Below are positions 43,821 through 50,259 of a DNA stretch of 50,259 bases, piece by piece. Origin of the DNA: Thiomicrorhabdus sp. (GTDB taxonomy: Bacteria > Pseudomonadota > Gammaproteobacteria > Thiomicrospirales > Thiomicrospiraceae). The notes below the pieces were generated by a model. The model saw only the letters and a program-made list of their open reading frames with translations, was not told the origin of the DNA and ran no database searches. A program made the translations under genes and the position numbers. The stretch covers positions 1-50,259 of the forward strand of contig VCMI01000012.1 in the NCBI GenBank assembly GCA_006222135.1. Direction: 5' to 3'. The stretch's first letter is position 1. Every line of letters starts with the position of its first letter.

Positions 43821-45625
43821 TAAGATTCTCCCGTGCTTAATATGGCTAAGAAAGCTTCTTGCGGAAGCTCGACATTACCGACTACCTTCATGCGTTTCTT
43901 ACCCTCTTTCTGTTTCTGTAATAATTTCTTCTTACGAGAGACATCGCCACCATAACATTTCGCCGTCACATTTTTACGTAACGCTTTAATATTGGCGCGG
44001 CCAATGACTTTAGCGCCAATAGCCGCTTGAATGGCCACATCAAACATTTGACGAGGAATAACATCCTTCAGCTTCTCAACAATCACTTTACCACGCTGTG
44101 CGGCAAACGCTCGGTGAACAATCACCCCCAACGCATCTACTTTCTCACCATTGATTAGGAAGTCCATTCGAACTAAGTCATCTTGTTGGAAGCGTTTAAA
44201 TTCGTAATCCATCGAGGCATAACCACGGCTACACGACTTAAGACGATCAAAGAAATCAAGCACCACTTCATTTAACGGCAGTTCATAATTAATAGAAACC
44301 TGACCACCCGAATAGTGCATATCTTTCTGGACGCCGCGTTTTTCAATACACAGCTTCATAACCGCTCCCACATGCTCATGTGGTACCAGAATATTCGCTT
44401 GAATGATTGGCTCACGAATCGCTTCAACCAAACTCATGTCGGGTAGTTCTGATGGATTATCAATCCTGATGATTTCGCCATTTTTCAGTTCTACTTCATA
44501 GATAACCGTTGGCGCCGTCACAATCAAATCAATATTATATTCACGTTCCAAACGTTCTTGGACGATTTCCATGTGTAGCATACCAAGGAAACCACAACGG
44601 AAACCAAAGCCTAAGGCTTCAGAGCTTTCTGGTTCAAAATGTAAAGCCGCATCGTTCAAGCGCAATTTACGCAGTGACGCACGCAGATCTTCATACTGTT
44701 CAGAAGAGACTGGGAACATTCCCGCAAAAACACGTGGTTGTGCGGGCGCAAAGCCAGGTAACGCTTCTACATCAGGTTTAGAGGCATCGACCAAGGTATC
44801 ACCCACTGGCGCACCATCAATGTCTTTAATTCCCGCAACTACATAGCCCACCTCTCCCGCACTTAGATACGGAGAAGGCGTGCGTTTTGGCGTAAAGATT
44901 CCGACATCATCGACCAAATATTCATCTTTGGTCGACAGGACTTTCATTTTAGTTTTCTTACCAATACGACCGTCAATGACGCGTACCAATGAAATTACAC
45001 CCAGGTAGTTATCAAACCAAGAATCGATAATAAGGGCTTTTAAGGGTGCATCTAAATCACCTACTGGCGGTGGGATTTTAGCCACAATATCTTCGAGTGT
45101 TTCTTTAATGCCGACACCTGCTTTGGCACTCGCGCGCACGGCATCAGAGGCTGAAACGCCGATAATTTCTTCGATTTCTTCAATCACACGATCAGGCTCG
45201 GCAGAGGGTAGATCGATTTTATTCAATACGACCAAAACCTCTAAACCTTGCTCTATCGCCGTGTAACAGTTCGCTACGGTTTGCGCTTCAACCCCTTGAG
45301 AGGCATCCACTACCAATAGAGCACCTTCACAAGCCGCTAAAGAACGCGAGACTTCATAGGAGAAATCAACGTGTCCTGGGGTATCAATAAAGTTAAGTTG
45401 ATAGGTTTCCCCATTATCCGCTTTGTAACTCAGCGTCACACTCTGCGCTTTAATGGTAATACCACGCTCTTTTTCGATATCCATTGAATCAAGCACTTGG
45501 GCTTGCATCTCACGATCCGATAAACCACCACATAGGTGAATAAATCGATCAGCAATGGTTGATTTACCATGATCGATATGGGCAATAATCGAAAAGTTAC
45601 GAATATGTTTTAAATCGTCTGACAT
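43820..45625 (-). CDS. lepA: elongation factor 4
   Basis: [27 protein letters not shown] and [14 protein letters not shown]. Confidence 0.98.
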   Translation of the reverse strand: MSDDLKHIRNFSIIAHIDHGKSTIADRFIHLCGGLSDREMQAQVLDSMDIEKERGITIKAQSVTLSYKADNGETYQLNFIDTPGHVDFSYEVSRSLAACEGALLVVDASQGVEAQTVANCYTAIEQGLEVLVVLNKIDLPSAEPDRVIEEIEEIIGVSASDAVRASAKAGVGIKETLEDIVAKIPPPVGDLDAPLKALIIDSWFDNYLGVISLVRVIDGRIGKKTKMKVLSTKDEYLVDDVGIFTPKRTPSPYLSAGEVGYVVAGIKDIDGAPVGDTLVDASKPDVEALPGFAPAQPRVFAGMFPVSSEQYEDLRASLRKLRLNDAALHFEPESSEALGFGFRCGFLGMLHMEIVQERLEREYNIDLIVTAPTVIYEVELKNGEIIRIDNPSELPDMSLVEAIREPIIQANILVPHEHVGAVMKLCIEKRGVQKDMHYSGGQVSINYELPLNEVVLDFFDRLKSCSRGYASMDYEFKRFQQDDLVRMDFLINGEKVDALGVIVHRAFAAQRGKVIVEKLKDVIPRQMFDVAIQAAIGAKVIGRANIKALRKNVTAKCYGGDVSRKKKLLQKQKEGKKRMKVVGNVELPQEAFLAILSTGES

Positions 45626-45703
45626 TGATGCTCCAGGTAGTCTCTGTTTAAAACCGGCTTAGGTCGATTTAAGCCGATTCAAAAAACAGACAATACGGTC
45701 TAT

Positions 45704-45730
45704 AAAAAAAGGGGACTATCGTCCCCTTCC
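45704..45730 (-). terminator. terminator between degP and lepA
   Basis: Minus strand reads AAGGGGAC-GATA-GTCCCCTTTTTTT. Confidence 0.7.
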
Positions 45731-45967
45731 AGCTTATTCTTCAAAACGGATGTTTTTACAATTACTTTCAATGGGTTAGCCTTTCAAAAAAGGCACCTGC
45801 ATATTCAATAACCGAATAAGGTTTGGTTTAAATTTAATTGCGCGTATTTTACGCTAATTTATGGCGATTCGCATGGATTAATCGCCATATCAGGAACAAT
45901 GTAAACTTAACCGAGTCCAAGAAGAGCTTTTCTCATTCTCTTAATAAAGATAAGGACTCTTTAAAGC

Positions 45968-47422
45968 TTACTTATCTAGAATCAACGGTAAGAACAGAGA
46001 GTGCCCTTCCCTCAAGACACGTACCGCGACAGATCGATTCTTCGGTAAACTTTTTAACAACTCATCTAGTGTCTTGATATTCTTTACCGGTTTAAAATCA
46101 ATGGTGACGATAACATCGCCTTGATGTAAGCCCGCGCTTAAAGCCGGATCTGCAAAGACGCTTATCACCCTTATGCCAAATGGAATTTTCAATTGGCTTA
46201 AGCTTGCTTTATCCATGACCTCAACTTCAGCGCCTAAAAGGTTGTGCATCTTACGACTGGCTTGTTCTGCCGCCGCGGATTCTGATTTATCCAGAGAAGC
46301 CAATTTAACCCTAACAGTCTTCTCCTTACCTTGACGTAGCAGCTTAACATCAACTTTTTTACCAATCGGTGTCACGCCGACAATTGGCGGTAAATCAGAA
46401 GACTTGGTGATTACTTTGCCATCAAACTCTAAAATAATATCACCTGGTTCAATCCCAGCTTTTGCTGCAGGCGTATCAGGAAAGGTTTCCCCGACCAAAG
46501 CCCCCATTGGTTTGACTAAACCAAATGATTTAGACAGCTCACTAGTCACTTCTTGCACTTGAACGCCTAAGTAACCACGTATGACCTTACCGCCATCTTT
46601 TAACTGGTCAACTACATTCATTGCAATATCGATGGGAATCGAAAAAGATAAACCCATTGCACCACCACTCTTGCTATAGATCATCGAGTTAATACCGATT
46701 ACTTCGCCGTCTAAATTAAAGAGTGGCCCCCCTGAATTACCTGGGTTAATGGCAATGTCTGTTTGGATAAATGGCACATAAGTATCTTCAGGTAAAGCAC
46801 GACCCAGAGCGGAAATAATGCCATGCGTCACAGTATGATCCAAGCCAAATGGTTGACCGATGGCCAAGACCCACTGACCGACTTTAAGCTCTTCCAAAGA
46901 ACCAATTTTGGCAAAAGGTAAATCCTTAGCCGAAATCTTCAACAGTGCCACATCGGTTCGGGGATCTGAACCAATCACTTTTGCCTTTAACTCTTTACGG
47001 TTACGCATACGGACAATAATTTCATCTGCACCATCAATAACATGATGGTTGGTTAAGATATAGCCATCCGAGCTAATCACAAAACCCGAGCCTAGCGAAT
47101 GGGATTGCTGCTGCTCTTGAGGAACGTCAGGTTGTTTACCACCAAACCGATCCCTAAATTTATCCAACTCTCCACCAGGAAGCCCAAAAAAATAACGCAA
47201 TAACTCTTCTGGCATCCCTTGAAACGGGGCGTGTGGTTGCGATTGACTGCGATCCACCTTTTTTGTGGTACTTATATTCACCACCACCTGATTGTTTTGC
47301 TCAACCAGCTCGGTAAAATCCGGTAAGCCGTAACTATTAACGGTTGAAGCCATTGTCGTCGTTGCGATAAAACCTAGCCATATAGCCACTACTAAAGATG
47401 TTAAAACTGACATTTTTTTCAC
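45968..47422 (-). CDS. DegP/MucD (HtrA) periplasmic serine protease
   Basis: Signal peptide, TNHHV, DVALLK, INPGNSGGPL and two PDZ domains. Confidence 0.95.
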   Translation of the reverse strand: MKKMSVLTSLVVAIWLGFIATTTMASTVNSYGLPDFTELVEQNNQVVVNISTTKKVDRSQSQPHAPFQGMPEELLRYFFGLPGGELDKFRDRFGGKQPDVPQEQQQSHSLGSGFVISSDGYILTNHHVIDGADEIIVRMRNRKELKAKVIGSDPRTDVALLKISAKDLPFAKIGSLEELKVGQWVLAIGQPFGLDHTVTHGIISALGRALPEDTYVPFIQTDIAINPGNSGGPLFNLDGEVIGINSMIYSKSGGAMGLSFSIPIDIAMNVVDQLKDGGKVIRGYLGVQVQEVTSELSKSFGLVKPMGALVGETFPDTPAAKAGIEPGDIILEFDGKVITKSSDLPPIVGVTPIGKKVDVKLLRQGKEKTVRVKLASLDKSESAAAEQASRKMHNLLGAEVEVMDKASLSQLKIPFGIRVISVFADPALSAGLHQGDVIVTIDFKPVKNIKTLDELLKSLPKNRSVAVRVLREGHSLFLPLILDK

Positions 47423-47507
47423 AATCGCGTCCCCTTATATTTTCAGAACTTCCAATATTTTTTACAAGCTAGGCCTTAAGTCATCTGCTGAAAATCGTAT
47501 TTAATGA

Positions 47508-48065
47508 CTACGACTTAGGTAAGCTTATCTCAGGCAATACCGGTTGATAAATCGTATGCGTCAACCACCAGCCCAAAGCCACTCCAAGAAAACCGCCAAT
47601 AATCGCGGCGATATCTGCAACCGTGTCACTGGCATCTAGAACTCGCACACTCAACACACTAAACAACACTGCAAATAGAAATAAGCCCATTAATGGTACA
47701 CCGTAGGCCATAAAGGAATGCTTAATCAATAGTGACTCATCTAGGGTTAATATAACGTGATCACCGACTTGAACATTGAGTCTATTTCTCACTTTAATGG
47801 CACTTTGAGAAGCATTCGTAAACAAAGTCGCCAGCGCAGACGTACCGCACCCCGAGGATGAAGCGCAGCCGCTGCAACCCGATTGACGTTGAGCATCCAC
47901 ATAGGCAAACTCTCCGTCAATAGAGGAGATAATGCCTGATTCACTTAATAAATGTGGTTCATCACCCGTCTGATTATCAAGATCAGCAGCCTGACCTAAG
48001 TCCAGCGGACCACTGCTGGACAAAGATTCTGTCTGCTGAGTATTTTCAATCACATTCTTATTCAT
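47508..48065 (-). CDS. rseC: RseC/MucC family protein
   Basis: CSGCASSSGC, VGDHV and AYGVPL followed by two TM helices. Confidence 0.88.
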   Translation of the reverse strand: MNKNVIENTQQTESLSSSGPLDLGQAADLDNQTGDEPHLLSESGIISSIDGEFAYVDAQRQSGCSGCASSSGCGTSALATLFTNASQSAIKVRNRLNVQVGDHVILTLDESLLIKHSFMAYGVPLMGLFLFAVLFSVLSVRVLDASDTVADIAAIIGGFLGVALGWWLTHTIYQPVLPEISLPKS

Positions 48066-48268
48066 TACTTAACACCACTTTTTCCCACTAAAATTAGAAA
48101 TTTTATCCGCAACACCCACTTGTAGTTGCACACTGTTTGGTCCATAAAAAAACAGTCCTTAGCCAGTATTTAAATATAATATGCTACCATTAAATAAATT
48201 ATTCAAGTTTAGTTCGTTATTTACGACTCACATTAAGATCAAGTTTACAGAAATTAAAAGGTTCCTGC

Positions 48269-49868
48269 GTGGCCACTTCAACCCATAATTATAGTTTAAA
48301 AACTGACATATTAGTCATCGGTAGCGGCATCGCCGGACTTTCGGCGGCACTTAAACTGGCCACGAATTACTCCGTCATTTTATTGGCAAAATCCTCTTTA
48401 AATGAAGGCAGTACTAATTATGCACAAGGTGGCATTGCAGGTGTTCTAGATCCTTTTGATAGCATTGATGCACACATTACAGACACCCTAGATGCCGGTG
48501 CAGGCTTGTGTGACCCTAAAGCGGTTACTGTCGTCGCAACCCATGCAACGGAAGCCATCCAGGAACTCATTGACTTAGGCGTCCCCTTTAGCAAACAGGC
48601 GAATAGTGACTCCTCCTTTCCGTTTCACTTGACTCAAGAAGGTGGGCACAGTCATCGACGAGTGATTCATGCCGCGGATCATACAGGTCAGTCTGTCATA
48701 GATACGTTAATTTCCTGCGTTAAAGCTCACCCGAACATCACCCTTTTACCAGAACATATTTCAGTTGATTTGATTTTGAATCAAAAGCGCAATCGTTGTT
48801 TAGGGGCCTATGTTTTAAATAAAACTAAGAAAAAATCTATGGCATTGCGGCTCGTTTTACGATATTAGCCACTGGCGGTGCAAGCAAAGCCTATCTCTAC
48901 ACCAGTAATCCAGACACCTCTACCGGAGATGGAATCGCGATGGCTTGGCGTGCGGGCTGTAGTATTGCGAACATGGAATTTAATCAATTTCATCCGACTT
49001 GCTTACACCACCCCAAGGATCGTTCATTCCTAATCAGTGAGGCGATTCGCGGTGAAGGCGGCATTTTGAAACTGCCTGATGGCAGCGCATTTATGGCGAA
49101 CTATGATCCACGCGCAGATCTTGCCCCTCGAGATATTGTGGCCAGAGCGATTGACCATGAGATGAAAAACACGGTATTGATTGCGTCTATTTAGATATCT
49201 CACACAAACCAAGCGGCTTTATCAAAAAACACTTCCCGACCATTTACGAACGGTGCCTTAAGGTGGGTATTGATATCACACGAGAGCCAATTCCAGTCGT
49301 GCCTGCCGCGCACTATACCTGCGGTGGCGTAATCACCAATTTAGAAGGACAAACTACTTTAGACGGTCTTTATGCGGTTGGTGAAACGGCTTATACGGGC
49401 TTACATGGTGCTAACCGACTTGCCAGCAACTCATTGGCCGAAGGCTTGGTATTTGCCAAAATGGCCGCTCAAAGCATTAAAAAGGCCTTTCCTCTTTCTG
49501 AGGAAACAGAGCATGAAATTAGACCCTGGGATAGTACCGGCATCACCGATCCCGCTGAAAAGATTCTGGTGAGTCACGATTGGGATGAACTGCGCCGAGT
49601 CATGTGGGATTATGTGGGTATCGTACGCACTAACAAACGCCTCAAACGTGCCCGTCAACGCTTACGAAATCTACATAAAGAGGTTGATGAATACTACCAC
49701 CAACATATTGTGACTAGCGACCTCTTAGAATTAAGAAACCTCGTTATGGTGGCCGAATTAATGGTGATGAGTGCACAACGTCGTAAAGAGAGCCGTGGTC
49801 TACATTATAATTTGGACTACCCTCATACCCATAAAAAAGCCAAACCGACCATTTTAAAACCAAAGTAA
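48269..49868 (+). CDS. nadB: L-aspartate oxidase; two homopolymer frameshifts at about 48830 and 49165
   Basis: [38 protein letters not shown] and ESRGLH, spread over three ORF fragments. Confidence 0.93.
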
Positions 49869-49895
49869 AAGCGTCATTTAAGTAGCCTTGATACG

Positions 49896-49920
49896 AAAAA
49901 AGCGCACTAGGCGCTTTTTT
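49896..49920 (+). terminator. nadB terminator
   Basis: AAAAAAGCGC-ACTAG-GCGCTTTTTT. Confidence 0.85.
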
Positions 49921-49925
49921 ATGGT

Positions 49926-50259
49926 CATAGATTCAACTAGTAAGTGCAACACCTATAGGAATTGAAAAAGGCCAGTTGATAAGCTACCTTTTAAGTTCCT
50001 ACACAAAAGAGGTGTTGCCCAATGAGCACATATCATCAACTGACCTTAGAAGAAAGATATCACATTTACGGACTCAAACGTGCCGGATATAGCATTACGA
50101 CTATCGCAGACGAGTTAAAACGTCATAAATCGACCATTAGCCGTGAACTCAAACGCAATATTAAATCCCGTGGTTGGCGACCGTTGCTTGCACATACACA
50201 AGCCGTCGAAAGACGGTCAAGTAAAGCAAAAAAAAGAATATCTCATGACGTCGTCGTGT
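49926..50259 (+). mobile_element. IS30-family insertion sequence, 5' part, truncated by the window end
   Basis: Left IR CATAGATTCAACTAGTAAGTGCAACACC, followed by a transposase start. Confidence 0.9.
50022..50259 (+). CDS. IS30-family transposase N-terminus (HTH), partial; not in the ORF track
   Basis: Manual translation MSTYHQLTLEERYHI...IADELKRHKSTISRELKRN. Confidence 0.9.
   Translation, partial: MSTYHQLTLEERYHIYGLKRAGYSITTIADELKRHKSTISRELKRNIKSRGWRPLLAHTQAVERRSSKAKKRISHDVVV

Noticed and set aside
50022-50259. Window as a closed circle joined through one IS30
   Set aside because: Joining the ends leaves the transposase out of frame and apparently several residues short, and the content is essential chromosomal genes.

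Overview
About 50 kb of mostly core chromosome from a gammaproteobacterium. GC is roughly 42% by eye, and gene content suggests Thiomicrorhabdus/Hydrogenovibrio-like Piscirickettsiaceae (an inference only). The window starts in the 3' part of an IS30-family element and ends in the 5' part of a same-orientation IS30 element, probably a contig broken at IS copies. Gene order, with the minus-strand operons written in transcription order: purB, roxA, tautomerase, M16C peptidase, the rimP-nusA-infB-rbfA-truB-(rhodanese/TehB)-(cNMP protein)-rpsO-pnp block, an acetate module (acs, DUF485, actP, DUF294, exonuclease), broken thpR, nitroreductase, dnaE, aat, sdhCDAB-sdhE, infA, several small genes, rseC-degP-lepA-lepB-rnc-era-recO-pdxJ-acpS, and nadB with no rpoE-rseA-rseB next to it. 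The strongest unexplained signals are non-genic. (1) A highly iterated palindrome TGACCAGGCCTGGTCA: 14 exact CCAGGCCTGG cores found by eye, 7 in genes and 7 intergenic. Several sit in hairpins, and one appears inserted into a terminator stem. (2) A family of ~126-bp hairpin elements that conserve structure rather than sequence; all three complete copies abut stop codons in the same orientation. (3) A 168/169-bp x ~3 tandem array upstream of rpsO built from that element. Several core genes have homopolymer frameshifts that are probably sequencing errors.
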